Part shown: positions 35,317 to 45,190 of the stretch, piece by piece | Position numbering within the stretch: the stretch's first letter is position 1 | Layout of the letters: each line of letters starts with the position of its first letter | Virus record (IMG/VR): IMGVR_UViG_3300043220_000070 | Coordinates: 11,577 to 75,576 of that record | Length of the DNA stretch: 64,000 nt | Origin: a virus | Taxonomy: Duplodnaviria > Caudoviricetes | Strand: one strand, 5' to 3' | The notes under the pieces: generated by a model | Databases searched by the model: none | Told to the model about the DNA's origin: nothing | Seen by the model: only the letters and a program-made list of their open reading frames with translations | Made by a program: the position numbers and the translations under genes

Positions 35317-37716
35317 CTACACCACCCACCACTCGGTGCCGTCGCTAACCACAGTAATAGCTTCGTATTGGACAAGAAGGGTGGCTGTAGCCCCCCCATC
35401 TATCGTCTCGGCCGCATTTGCATCTATCGTCACTGCATTCGCGGTGGCATCGGTTTTCTTCACTCGATACATCCTACCAGTAATGCCTACCGCTGTGGGG
35501 AGGGTAAGAGTAAATGTCCCTCCCGAGGCGTCTGCGAGGACTAATCCATCTTCTGCCGTTAGTGTATAGGCTCCAGATTTAGCAACGACGAGAAGTCGAA
35601 CATCCGCAGCATCTAGGTAGGCACCGTTCAAGAGGTCGAGTTTGGTTCCGTTGAGGCGCATGTACTCAGTTGAGCCGATGACCCAAGAGTAGTAATTGGA
35701 GCCCCGGTTGTACTCCTGGTAGTCGTTTGTGTCGAACGTCAGGCGAGGTGAGACTGGAGTACCTGTGATATAGATGCTGAGGTCTCGTGAGCCGCCAGAA
35801 CCGCCACTCCAAGGGTCTTCAGGGCCGTTCCAGGTAGTTGGATTAGCGTCGTGGGATGTACCGCTGCCGTCGTAGTACCAGGTGAAGGTAAAGCCCCCAC
35901 CCCCACGGCTCATGACCGCAATCCAGTAGTCTCCTCCGGCGAGGTCGATGTCGGAAATGGCGCCGGCGGCGGCGTTAAAGGCTATATCCCCCGACCACCA
36001 ATCGGGTGAGCCGGAGGCCGAGACTGTGATGTCGGCAGTGTAGGCCACCAAATTCCCTGGGGCGCCGCCGTCGTCGTCGTAGATGACCAGCTTAATCTGA
36101 CGGGTTGAGGTGTTGAGGCTGCCGTAGACGCTGAGGCTAGTGTAGTTCCCACCTACCAACGTTACCTTACGGGCGTCCTGTTGCTGGGCGGAGACATTGA
36201 AGGTACTGCCCCCAATACCCGTGTTTCCATAGTTAGTTGAGGAACCCGGGTTCAAGAATAGATGCAGGGTGGAGTCGATTAGGAGCTGCTTGGCTGTAAT
36301 CGTGAAGGCCCCAACGTCCCAGTTGCCGGTCAGCTCACGAGTACCATCTGCCAGGAGGTACAGGGTATGGTCGTCGTCTCCAAGCCCACCGAGACCACCG
36401 TGGTCACCTCCCGTGCCGGTAGGCCCCACGGTACCTCCCACGTTGGTATCCCAATCGCGGTAGGAGTTGAGGATGAGACAGTCAGTGTTGGCAAGGTCGA
36501 TAGCGACGGCAACGTGCGTGTTGGAGCCCGTAGGCCCCCTGAGCGCGTTGCCCACGATTGAAATGTTCTTAGCAGTACCGCCACCGCCAGTAATTGTGAT
36601 GGCCCGGGTACCGTTGTTGTCCGTGCTACAACGGATATAATTACCATCCACGGTGGCGTCCACCGGGCTCGTTGTACCCGCGGTTCCAATTGAGAGGAAC
36701 GAGGCAGTGCCGCTGTAGTTGAGCACGTCGTTGTTCGAGAAGACGAATGGGTAATTGTGCGTCCTTGTCCATCCGTAGCCCGTGACGGAACGGAAGAGGT
36801 TGTTCTCAATGAGGATGCCATCCCTCCCTAGGTCGACATCGGTGCTGGCATCCCGTTCCTGAATGTTGGTAAGTGCCGCAAAGTCACAGTCTCGGATGGT
36901 GAGCTTACCAACGGTCGCCATATTGGAAGCAACAGCGAATAAGGCTGTAATGGCCTCGCGCGTGTGGACTTTATCTAAAACTAGGTCAGACACATTGGCG
37001 GAACTACCCGTGTCGAGGTCAAAGAGATATGTCCAGTTGTCCCCCTCAAAGGCAACATCGTAGAACTCCATTCTGGGCAGAATGTAGCCCCCGTTTCCCT
37101 GGAAGAAGGGGCCGGCCGAAGCGCCATCACCGGAGCTGCGCGCGAAGGCGACACCTTTGAAAATCAGAGTGCTATTGATGTGGCTATTGGCGCTCTGGTG
37201 GTCAATAAACGGGTTCGTGCTGAGGGTATCGTCGCAGTTGATTACTGGGCGGTTCCTTCCACCGGAGAACACTACAATGCGCTGCTGCTCGGCCAGTTCG
37301 GTGATGTCATGCTTTGCTTCAACCGTCTCACTATGGGAAGTGCAGACCCAGATGGTGCGGTCGCCACCAGTAGCGATGGCGGCCTCGAGTGCCCCGGTGG
37401 TGCCAAACAGCAACAGGTGGGTGCCCATCCCCGTGGAGTCCACCACGTAGTCGACATTGACCCCCTCCCCCAGGGCAATGACCTGTATATCCACCACACC
37501 GGTGTAGACACGCCCACCTACCGTGGCAGACGTGCGCCGAACGCGGGGCCGGAACCAATGAGGCCCCGACAGACCCGTGAACTGGACAACACCCGCCCGT
37601 CCTGTCGTCGCGGTGGCGGAGACGGCCGGCCAGCTATTGAGGGAGATGGCTTCAACCACCACCCCAGATATGGGGCGCTGCTCTTCGTTTACACAAGCGA
37701 CTCGGTAGGCTGCCAA
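35317..37716 (-). CDS. Tail fibre/tailspike with parallel beta-helix region
   Basis: Pectin-lyase-like repeats (IENNLF, FSNNDV, VDGNYI, IVGNAL); HxxLxGLGDDDH motif; C-terminal TLTLP...TIDG...SDGTEW fibre domain. Confidence 0.8.
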   Translation of the reverse strand: MAAYRVACVNEEQRPISGVVVEAISLNSWPAVSATATTGRAGVVQFTGLSGPHWFRPRVRRTSATVGGRVYTGVVDIQVIALGEGVNVDYVVDSTGMGTHLLLFGTTGALEAAIATGGDRTIWVCTSHSETVEAKHDITELAEQQRIVVFSGGRNRPVINCDDTLSTNPFIDHQSANSHINSTLIFKGVAFARSSGDGASAGPFFQGNGGYILPRMEFYDVAFEGDNWTYLFDLDTGSSANVSDLVLDKVHTREAITALFAVASNMATVGKLTIRDCDFAALTNIQERDASTDVDLGRDGILIENNLFRSVTGYGWTRTHNYPFVFSNNDVLNYSGTASFLSIGTAGTTSPVDATVDGNYIRCSTDNNGTRAITITGGGGTAKNISIVGNALRGPTGSNTHVAVAIDLANTDCLILNSYRDWDTNVGGTVGPTGTGGDHGGLGGLGDDDHTLYLLADGTRELTGNWDVGAFTITAKQLLIDSTLHLFLNPGSSTNYGNTGIGGSTFNVSAQQQDARKVTLVGGNYTSLSVYGSLNTSTRQIKLVIYDDDGGAPGNLVAYTADITVSASGSPDWWSGDIAFNAAAGAISDIDLAGGDYWIAVMSRGGGGFTFTWYYDGSGTSHDANPTTWNGPEDPWSGGSGGSRDLSIYITGTPVSPRLTFDTNDYQEYNRGSNYYSWVIGSTEYMRLNGTKLDLLNGAYLDAADVRLLVVAKSGAYTLTAEDGLVLADASGGTFTLTLPTAVGITGRMYRVKKTDATANAVTIDANAAETIDGGATATLLVQYEAITVVSDGTEWWVV

Positions 37717-37777
37717 ACCAGTTCTCCGTACTCTCTATGATACACCGTGCTGCCCCGGAGAGCGTGCTCAGGGAGTT

Positions 37778-38311
37778 TTAAGACGGTGCCCGGGAAATGA
37801 CACCAACCCCCCGCTCCCACGCGAGGTTGAGGATGAAATCCCTTCGCTCCATTATGTCACTTTCCCAGAGGTCAATTATCTTCATGCCCTGGGACGCCAG
37901 TTGCGCCTTCATGATGGCGTCCCGCGCGCGGTCTTCCGGTTGCTCCAGGTGCCAGCGCTCCCCCATCACACGCCAGCCCTCTAGCCGATTGGGAAAGTAG
38001 TAGTCGAGAATGTAACCACCGAAGCGAGTGCGGCCCCCGAAAACGGGGTGTTGGAAATAGAAGTCCACGTTGGGTACCTGCTTCTTCTCTACCACTAGGA
38101 ACTCAAAAACCAAAAATTCGGGTAAGCTACCGTTCCACTGGGCCTTCCATGCCTCGTAGCGGGCCAGCAGCGCCTCCTCCTGCTCGGGGGGGATGGGCAC
38201 TTCGGGCTCGGCAGGTATACGGGGCTCCTCTTCCTCTCCCCCCGGGACTCGGGGCCGGCGAGGGGCCACTAGTTGCGGCCGGACACTTAGCTCACCGGGA
38301 CGGCGTGGCAT
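37778..38311 (-). CDS. DUF559/Vsr-like PD-(D/E)XK nuclease-fold protein
   Basis: SLPE..VFEFL...FYFQHP...YILDYY...GERWH...RDAIMKAQL...IIDLWE. Confidence 0.7.
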   Translation of the reverse strand: MPRRPGELSVRPQLVAPRRPRVPGGEEEEPRIPAEPEVPIPPEQEEALLARYEAWKAQWNGSLPEFLVFEFLVVEKKQVPNVDFYFQHPVFGGRTRFGGYILDYYFPNRLEGWRVMGERWHLEQPEDRARDAIMKAQLASQGMKIIDLWESDIMERRDFILNLAWERGVGVISRAPS

Positions 38312-38313
38312 AG

Positions 38314-40600
38314 CTAATCGGCCGCCGGCTCGATGAGCTGGATTTCTACGAAGCCACGACCCCCCACCGCTTCACGAAATTCTGAAATCGTCGCCGGCAT
38401 GTCGGTGATTCGCACGTTGATACCCCCACTCTCCATCGACGGAATCACCAGGTGGAGGAGCTTGGGCGTGTTCACTAGGGACTTCAGGAACTGCCAGATA
38501 CTCTCTGTCGTCATCGTCTCATCCCCGATAAGCAGTTTTCGCTCTACCGTCCGGCTCACATCAATACGGATTGTCCAGGCGGTGCGAATTCTTGGCTTCT
38601 TATCAAAGAGTAGGATGAGCGCCCGCAGTTCAGGCGTCTCGGGGAGCTCCGTGTAGATACCGTCCCCATTGTCGTGAGTCGCAGCGGTTGTGTTGTTGTA
38701 GCCACGGGTGACGTTGATAACGTCGGGGGTAGCGAATGTGAATCCGGTAATCAGCATCTGCTCGGTGCCCACTCGAATGATGTCCCCCACCATCATCCCC
38801 ATGTCCTCGATGTCGTCATTCGTGTCAATGGCCGTCTCAGAGTCGTCCAAAGCCTCCCCAATGTTGAACCCGGAATCCTCCCAGAGGGTACCGAGTCCAC
38901 GGTTGAGGGTGATGCGGAACTGTACTGACTTAAAGGCGACCCCCAGGTGGTCTGGGTCGAACCAGATTTCCTGCTGGTTCTGAGTGTAGGTACCCAGGTT
39001 TTCGTAGGTCGCCCCCTCGTTGTTGTTGAGACGGTACTCAACCCGCACCGTCTCGGTGGCGCTCAGGTTGTAACCATCGAGGGACATCCGCAACAGCGCG
39101 CCTTCCAACTCGATGAACCCCCCGTCGAACCAGCCTGTCTCAAAGGAGAGAGGGCCGTCCTCAAATACCTGGCGGCCGCCTGAAGCGGGAACATCGCTCG
39201 CCACGGGAAGCTGATAGGTATGGAGTGTGAGGGTCGTACCATTCTGGTCGTTCAGGGCTGCTACGTCGATGAAGCGAGTGACTTCCGTCAGAGAAACGGA
39301 GAGGGGGAAGCGGTCAACTATGGCGCTATAAGGCTGCGAATTCGCCACCTCCGACCCAAGCCAGCTCCACCCAACACCATTGTAGACCAGCAGGCGCCAA
39401 CTCCGCGGCGCTGCCAGGCTACTGGCGATGGCGAAGAGGTCGCTCGTCCCCGGGAGAAAGTGTGTGATGTGGTAGTTGTCTCCACCCACTTGGGCCGACC
39501 CTGCAACATTACCCACCCAACTTGGAGGGGGGCCATCCTTCCCAAAGAGCCCCACCTTCCGCACCGTCTGCGCGTTGCCCGGGTTGTACTCCCACACGTT
39601 GTACCCATCCGAGACAAGGATGGCTCCATTCCAGACAGTCCCCACAGACAGCCAGTTGTCATCGCCAACGTCCTTGATTTCAACGGCGTTGTAGACGTAC
39701 CAGTCGAGTACCCAGAGCCGCCCCCCGCTGAGGAAGTAGACGGCGCTGGCGCCCCAAGGAGCCATCGCTGTGCCAATGAACCCTACCGCAACACCGCCCG
39801 TGCGCCAGTGGGGGTCAAGAGCGTCGGCCGAATCCGTAAGCCAGGCGATACCGTCCGCCGAGCCGATGATTTGGTCTCCTTCAGCGTGGCCTATGACCAA
39901 CCCATCCCAGACAATCATGTCGGAAAACTGCGCTACTCCTGCGGGGGTGGCGGGGAGATTAGCGGCATCTGTCCACGTACCCCCGTCTGGGGAGCGGTAG
40001 TAGGTCGAGCTCGAGCCGAGGGTTGCGTCCGAACCACAAGCCAGGAGGAACCTGGTGCCGTCCGAAGCTCTGCTCTCAACAATACGCCCGAACCTCTGGG
40101 CGCTGAAACCATCGCCCGAAGCATCCTCAATCTCCGCTAGGTTGATACGGTCAACGTCGAAGGTATAGATACTGTCCAGGACACCTAGGTACATCCGGTC
40201 AGCCCCACTGATGTTGGAGAGGAGCATTGCATTGGGGTTGGAGAAGAGGGCCCCCACACTCGGGTTGTTGTCGGGACTGTGCGTCGTCCGCTGAGGTGGC
40301 AGCGTGACGTGCCGCGGGCGCCGGAGGTCAACGCCATCTTGGTTGTCCCAGTGCGTTCCGCCTGCCTCCCGCACCTCAGACCGGCGGAAGGAGAATCCGC
40401 CACTAAAAAGTCGTCAAAAACCATCCAGAAAGCGTGTTCACGGGTCACCGCTCGTCGTAAGTGGCCTTTCCAATCTTCAAACCAGTGGCGAATTCAGATA
40501 CCATTCCACCCCTAATCGGCCCATTAACGACGAGCTGCACACCATTTAACGTGACGCTGTTGTCCTGGTATTCCCCAGAATCAACTACTGCACTAGGCAT
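38314..40600 (-). CDS. Large tail protein (tubular B/nozzle-like); main ORF 38314..40374, N-terminus from ATG 40600 broken by two frameshifts
   Basis: Beta-propeller-like repeats; SD AGGAGGTG before 40600; three frames join to ...KATYDE-REHAFWMVFDDF-SGGFSFRR... Confidence 0.7.
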
Positions 40601-41181
40601 GACGACTTCTCACCTCCTTCGAGAGACAACATTGTCCAGATAGGACGGTCTCCCTTCTTCCGGTTGCAACTCCAGCAGCAGGGAGCCAAGTTCTCAAAGA
40701 GTGTCTCCCCTCCTTTTGCTACTGGAGTCAGGTGGTCAAAGCCGGAAGCGTCACCACCGCAATAAACACACGCGGGGCCGTAGTATTCAACAACCTCCGC
40801 AGTTACCTGTTTGGGAATATGACTTGCCCGCAAGCGGCCTTGCTCCCTCAAGGCGTCTCGGTGACTATTTCGGTAGCGAGCACTCGCCTCCCGATGTACT
40901 TCCCGCCCTCGCGGGGTTTGAAGGTACGCCTTCGCACGAGCAAGCCAGCGGTTCCGGTGCCTTATGTACGACGTACGAGTATATGCCTGAATACGCCCAG
41001 GGTTTGCTTTTTCCCACACCCGTTTCGTCTCTTTCTCCCTCTCCGAACGGGGGGGCCTGCTATTGAGTACCCTCCGTTTCTGGGTACTCTCGATGGCACA
41101 CCTCCGACAGGAATTGTTGGCGTAAACCCCTGTCACAAGAACGTCATGATTCCGGCGGCAGTACCTATCTAGTTTCCTCAT
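40585..41181 (-). CDS. HNH endonuclease
   Basis: CVYCG...FDHLTPVAKGG...NLAPCCWSCNRKKG; TGG-TATACT 6 nt before ATG. Confidence 0.9.
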   Translation of the reverse strand: MRKLDRYCRRNHDVLVTGVYANNSCRRCAIESTQKRRVLNSRPPRSEREKETKRVWEKANPGRIQAYTRTSYIRHRNRWLARAKAYLQTPRGREVHREASARYRNSHRDALREQGRLRASHIPKQVTAEVVEYYGPACVYCGGDASGFDHLTPVAKGGETLFENLAPCCWSCNRKKGDRPIWTMLSLEGGEKSSCLVQ

Positions 41182-41197
41182 AATCCCAGTATACCAC

Positions 41198-41350
41198 CTA
41201 CCGTCCCGGTCTAAAGACGAGGGGTAGCTTCTTCTCTTCTTTCGTGAGGAAGGGCGGTCGGGCTAAATTCCGCTCTATCCATAATAATGGGCGGCAGGAC
41301 TGTAGCCGAACAAGTCGGTTTCTTGTCACTAGGTCAATACGGATATACAT
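41198..41350 (-). CDS. Small basic hypothetical protein (50 aa)
   Basis: SD AGGAGG; extended -10 TGTGGTACAAT upstream; manual translation MYIRIDLVTRNRLVRL... Confidence 0.5.
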   Translation of the reverse strand: MYIRIDLVTRNRLVRLQSCRPLLWIERNLARPPFLTKEEKKLPLVFRPGR

Positions 41351-41404
41351 GTTACACCTCCTGAACTCGGCTCGTGACTCTAGTAGTCCTATTGTACCAC
41401 ATTT

Positions 41405-42289
41405 CTATCTCCCCGGGACTCGTGTCGAATTGGGGCGGACGCGAAACTCCGCGGGGTGCAGAGACAGGAAGTGCGAACTGACCGCCCAGGACTGCCGGTA
41501 TACGGTGTCCAAGTGTGGGTGGTCGCCCTGCGCGAAGAGGAAGCGCGCGGCGTATGCCGTGGCGCGCTCGACTACGAAGGATTCCATCTGCGCGTCAAGC
41601 GTGTCGGTGCCGGCGCTGTAGGTGCTAGGTCGTTTCTGTCCAACAATCTGAAGGGGCGTGCCGGCCGTGTAGCTGAAGAGGGCGGCGTTGAAGATGATTT
41701 GTGGCCGCGACCCTAGAGCGGCTGTGGTGGTGTTGGCCCCACCCGTCTGGAGCTTCAGGTGCCAGTAAGCCCGGGGGACAATGGTGTCGAATATGGTGTT
41801 AGCGTTAGGGCGGTCTACGTCCGTGCTGTTGTCGTGCGTAGCTGCTGTCGTGCTGAAGTACCCTCGCGTCACCGTGAGGGTGGTGCTGGAGGGGACGGCC
41901 GTCACCAACATGATTTCGTCGTCCACCTGGATGAGGTCGTTGACGGTGAAGATGCTGCTGTCACCTACTGTGATGGTGGTGGCGGTAGTGTCGGCGATGG
42001 CGGCGCCCAGGTCGGTACCAGAGTCTAGCGTGTCCGCGTTCCCTGCCGTCAGGTCACCCACACGAATTTCCTTGATGTAGGCAAACCGGGCTGGTACGTC
42101 GTACTCGTACTCGGTGGTGAACAACTCGATATTCTCAGCGTGCTCCTGAGGTAGCAGCCAGCCGGAGTTGATAAGGTCGCGCGCGGCCCTGTTGATAAAG
42201 GTCAGCAGCACCGGCTCAGTGACCCGAACCATAAAAGGGTCACCGACATTCAGCGCGATTTCTTCTCGATGGGTGTTTACGCTACCCAC
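41405..42289 (-). CDS. Head-tail adaptor/tail tubular A-like protein with inserted beta module
   Basis: Paralogue of 42292..42912 (YEYDVPA..AYI.EI) with ~80 aa insert. Confidence 0.65.
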   Translation of the reverse strand: MGSVNTHREEIALNVGDPFMVRVTEPVLLTFINRAARDLINSGWLLPQEHAENIELFTTEYEYDVPARFAYIKEIRVGDLTAGNADTLDSGTDLGAAIADTTATTITVGDSSIFTVNDLIQVDDEIMLVTAVPSSTTLTVTRGYFSTTAATHDNSTDVDRPNANTIFDTIVPRAYWHLKLQTGGANTTTAALGSRPQIIFNAALFSYTAGTPLQIVGQKRPSTYSAGTDTLDAQMESFVVERATAYAARFLFAQGDHPHLDTVYRQSWAVSSHFLSLHPAEFRVRPNSTRVPGR

Positions 42290-42291
42290 AA

Positions 42292-42912
42292 CTACCTCCC
42301 AGGCACAGCGCGCGCGTATCGCTTCGGCCTGAAAAACTCGGCCTGCTGTTGGAGCAGGGACTCACTGGCCGCCATCGCTATCTGTTCCATCTGGGCGTAC
42401 TGTTGCGCGTGGGCGCCGCCATGACTCGACAGGTTGCGCGCGGCGTAGGTAATGGCACGCTCGCGGATGAAGCTCTCCATCCCCGGGTCGATTTCGTCAC
42501 TGCCCTCACTGTACTCTGAGGTGGGCCGCGTCTGTCCCTTGAGCCTTAGGTCAATACTCACCACGGGGGTGTAGGACTCTCGGCTGAAGTGGATAGCCGG
42601 CGTGCCACTGGCGTCCACGACTATCTCCCACTGGTACCAGGGGATGAAGGTGGGGTAGGTACCCGCGGCCGCCACAGACTCCGCCCAGATTTCGTGGATG
42701 TACGCTAGGCCCGCCGGCACATCGTACTCGTAGTCGTTGCTCGCAAGGGTGAGGCTCTCGTCCTGAGTCTCGAGTACCCAGCCCTCAGCGGCCGCGTCCC
42801 ATGCGGCCGAATTTATCATCTCTAGCAGTTGCTGTCTGTTGAGTAGCTGACTGGCGGGGTCTTGGATGTGATGGGCAATTTCATCGCGGAGCTCGTCAAC
42901 TGTTAGGGCCAT
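42292..42912 (-). CDS. Head-tail adaptor/tail tubular A-like protein
   Basis: LTVDELRDEI...LLEMINSA...TLASNDYEYDVP. Confidence 0.65.
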   Translation of the reverse strand: MALTVDELRDEIAHHIQDPASQLLNRQQLLEMINSAAWDAAAEGWVLETQDESLTLASNDYEYDVPAGLAYIHEIWAESVAAAGTYPTFIPWYQWEIVVDASGTPAIHFSRESYTPVVSIDLRLKGQTRPTSEYSEGSDEIDPGMESFIRERAITYAARNLSSHGGAHAQQYAQMEQIAMAASESLLQQQAEFFRPKRYARAVPGR

Positions 42913-42921
42913 GACGACCTC

Positions 42922-43308
42922 CTAATATAGAATGACGAGCCAAACATCAACCGCGAAGGTCTTGGTAGCGTCGGTACCTGTAGCGGTCACGAGGACGCGG
43001 ATGTAGTCCAACACGTCCTCGGGCGACAGCGACACCACATCATCCTCCGTGGCGGTGTACGTCACGCTAGCGGCCGGGGCGTCAGTTCCGGCGTCCGTTA
43101 GGAGCTTGTCATAGCTAATGAGCGTCTGCCCGTCGTCGGGGGAGAACTCCACCGAGAGCACCACATTAGTGGGGGTGCTGGACTTTACGATTTGGACGTA
43201 AAGGCTGACACGCCGAGGCGTGACGCCCTGGAAGTCGAAGACTCCAGCCAGACTAGTCGGGCTATCGTCCAGCGTGACATTTATGAGGTGCTCTGTCCGA
43301 ATCGGCAT
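42922..43308 (-). CDS. Small beta-sandwich virion protein
   Basis: Alternating beta-strand pattern ending DYIRVLVT. Confidence 0.6.
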   Translation of the reverse strand: MPIRTEHLINVTLDDSPTSLAGVFDFQGVTPRRVSLYVQIVKSSTPTNVVLSVEFSPDDGQTLISYDKLLTDAGTDAPAASVTYTATEDDVVSLSPEDVLDYIRVLVTATGTDATKTFAVDVWLVILY

Positions 43309-43318
43309 AAAGCCCTCC

Positions 43319-43912
43319 CTACGTCACGCTAGGACTAGCGGCAGCTCGCTCCTGCTCGGCCCGCTCCACAAGCTGGTCGCCCGAGGAACCGGGCTTGGCA
43401 GCCTGCTCACGCAGGTTGTTCACCAGGTTAGGAGGGAATGCTTCGTCAGCATCCATCTCACTAGTGTCGAGGAGCTGTTCCCGGTTGGACTTACGCGCCT
43501 GAAGCTCCTTGAGAGTCGCCCAGCTCTTGGTCGTGGGGTCGTCTGACCGCCGGCAAATCGTCGGGTGCTCGTCGCACCACTTAATGACCTTAGGGTCGTC
43601 CGTCGTCAGAACACCGGACGTGAACTTGGCCCACACGTCGCCATCCCTCTTCACGATAGGAATCATTCCAGGCGTGGTGCCGGCGGTAAAGGGCGCCTTG
43701 ACCAGCTTACCCGCTTCCACGAGGTAGTCGCTGTTGGCGTGCTCCGCCGCGGCGACGAATGCCACCATACCCTCGGGGGCCTCCACCGCCACTTCCGTAG
43801 TCTTGAGCTGCTCCGCAGCCTCCTGGCGACCAGGAAGACCCGGCGCTGCTTCGTTTCGCTCCGCAGGTGTTACAACACCCTCTGCCGGAGCACCGCTGTT
43901 ACCGTATCCCAT
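43319..43912 (-). CDS. Hypothetical protein (head module)
   Basis: Track ORF with SD. Confidence 0.6.
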   Translation of the reverse strand: MGYGNSGAPAEGVVTPAERNEAAPGLPGRQEAAEQLKTTEVAVEAPEGMVAFVAAAEHANSDYLVEAGKLVKAPFTAGTTPGMIPIVKRDGDVWAKFTSGVLTTDDPKVIKWCDEHPTICRRSDDPTTKSWATLKELQARKSNREQLLDTSEMDADEAFPPNLVNNLREQAAKPGSSGDQLVERAEQERAAASPSVT

Positions 43913-44008
43913 TGTCCTTCTCCTCCTCTGAATTCACTCACAAGCGGCTGGCCGGCGGAGGTGCAGTCGAGGAGGTGACCAGCCAACCGCTTGATGAGCG
44001 CACCTTGA

Positions 44009-44806
44009 TTATGAGTGCTGTAGCACTCTGTACTCCGTGATGAACGTGTACCCTTCACCAACAGTCGTAACGGTGTCGAGGGTAAGTTCAGCGTTCAAAC
44101 TGTCGCCACTCTCAAGGATTTGGCTCCCAACGAACAGGGAGTTGTAGTCCTGGATGGAGGCGTTCTCCAAGTTCGAGGTTGTGGAGTCCAGCGTCAAGTC
44201 ACTACGCGGGCGCAAGTCCGTAATGAGCGTGGCCAGAATGTCCGCAAGCACCTGGTCACTCGGTGGGCCGCTCATGTCAGCATCGCGGTCGGTCGTGATG
44301 TTGGTCAGGTTGTAGTACGGAAGCGAGCCGGTAAAAAGGTCGTTGATAAACGTCCCTAGAATATCGGCAATTACCGCATCCGCCGGCGGGCCGCTAATAT
44401 CGGCATCACGGTCGGTCGTGAGACTGGTGATGGTGTAGGCCGGGATGCTTAGGCCGTAGGTCTCCAAGTCTGACACGAGCGTGCCGAGAACGTTTGCCAG
44501 CTCCTGGTTGGCTGCTGTATCGGCGTCGAATACGCGGTCTTCCGAAGCGTTCGTCAGTGAGAACGCCTGGACTGCTGTGGTCAGAGCCGTTCCCGTCAGC
44601 AGCGAGTCTAGGAACTCAATGTCAACAGTAGCGGTGGTGCCAGCTACGGCTACTTCAGCCATGTAGCCAATTCGCAGCACCTCGATGCGGAAGTTTGCTC
44701 CCCGAGGGACGGCCAGAAGGCCGACATTGGGGGGACGCTCGCTGGCGTCTATGTCGCCAAGAGCGGCAACTGCCAGATGTACCGCACTCTGTGGTTCAAA
44801 AGCCAT
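44009..44806 (-). CDS. Capsid decoration/fibre-like protein with three internal ~40-aa repeats
   Basis: Repeats of T-(T/S)-DR-x-DAD...LA(D/N)(I/V)L(G/A)T(L/F). Confidence 0.65.
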   Translation of the reverse strand: MAFEPQSAVHLAVAALGDIDASERPPNVGLLAVPRGANFRIEVLRIGYMAEVAVAGTTATVDIEFLDSLLTGTALTTAVQAFSLTNASEDRVFDADTAANQELANVLGTLVSDLETYGLSIPAYTITSLTTDRDADISGPPADAVIADILGTFINDLFTGSLPYYNLTNITTDRDADMSGPPSDQVLADILATLITDLRPRSDLTLDSTTSNLENASIQDYNSLFVGSQILESGDSLNAELTLDTVTTVGEGYTFITEYRVLQHS

Positions 44807-44885
44807 TTTCTCTTCTCCCTGTTCTTAGCGGTTCTACCCTTTAGGGGGGCTACTCTGCGCCGCTCCCCGGGGGCGCACTAGACAC

Positions 44886-45167
44886 TTACGGTTGTAGCGC
44901 GACCTTGATAGTGGGCCGAAGATAAATTGGGCTGGGGCCGGGTGGAGGGTCGCCACTGTGTGGTTCCTGCTCCTCCTGTAGTACAAGGGTGACATCGCCG
45001 ACCCTATAGGTCACTTCCTCACCAGCGAGGTTCCTATACGTGACGTACATACCCTCAAAAGGTAGCACGTCAATACTGGATACACTCAGTACTAATTCCT
45101 CACCCAGCCAGAACTCGGCGTGGCTTCTACGCCAACCCGGGTCATTAGGCCCTTCAAACCAAAGCAC
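44886..45167 (-). CDS. Hypothetical protein
   Basis: Track ORF between structural genes. Confidence 0.5.
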   Translation of the reverse strand: MLWFEGPNDPGWRRSHAEFWLGEELVLSVSSIDVLPFEGMYVTYRNLAGEEVTYRVGDVTLVLQEEQEPHSGDPPPGPSPIYLRPTIKVALQP

Positions 45168-45190
45168 TGTCCTTCCTCCAACTCGCCGGG

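Noticed and set aside
31472-37716. Diversity-generating retroelement targeting the fibres
   Set aside because: No reverse transcriptase and no template/variable repeat pair seen
40585-41350. Group I intron carrying the HNH
   Set aside because: Flanking genes have their own stop and start codons, no split exon could be joined across it, and no P/Q/R/S core elements were recognised
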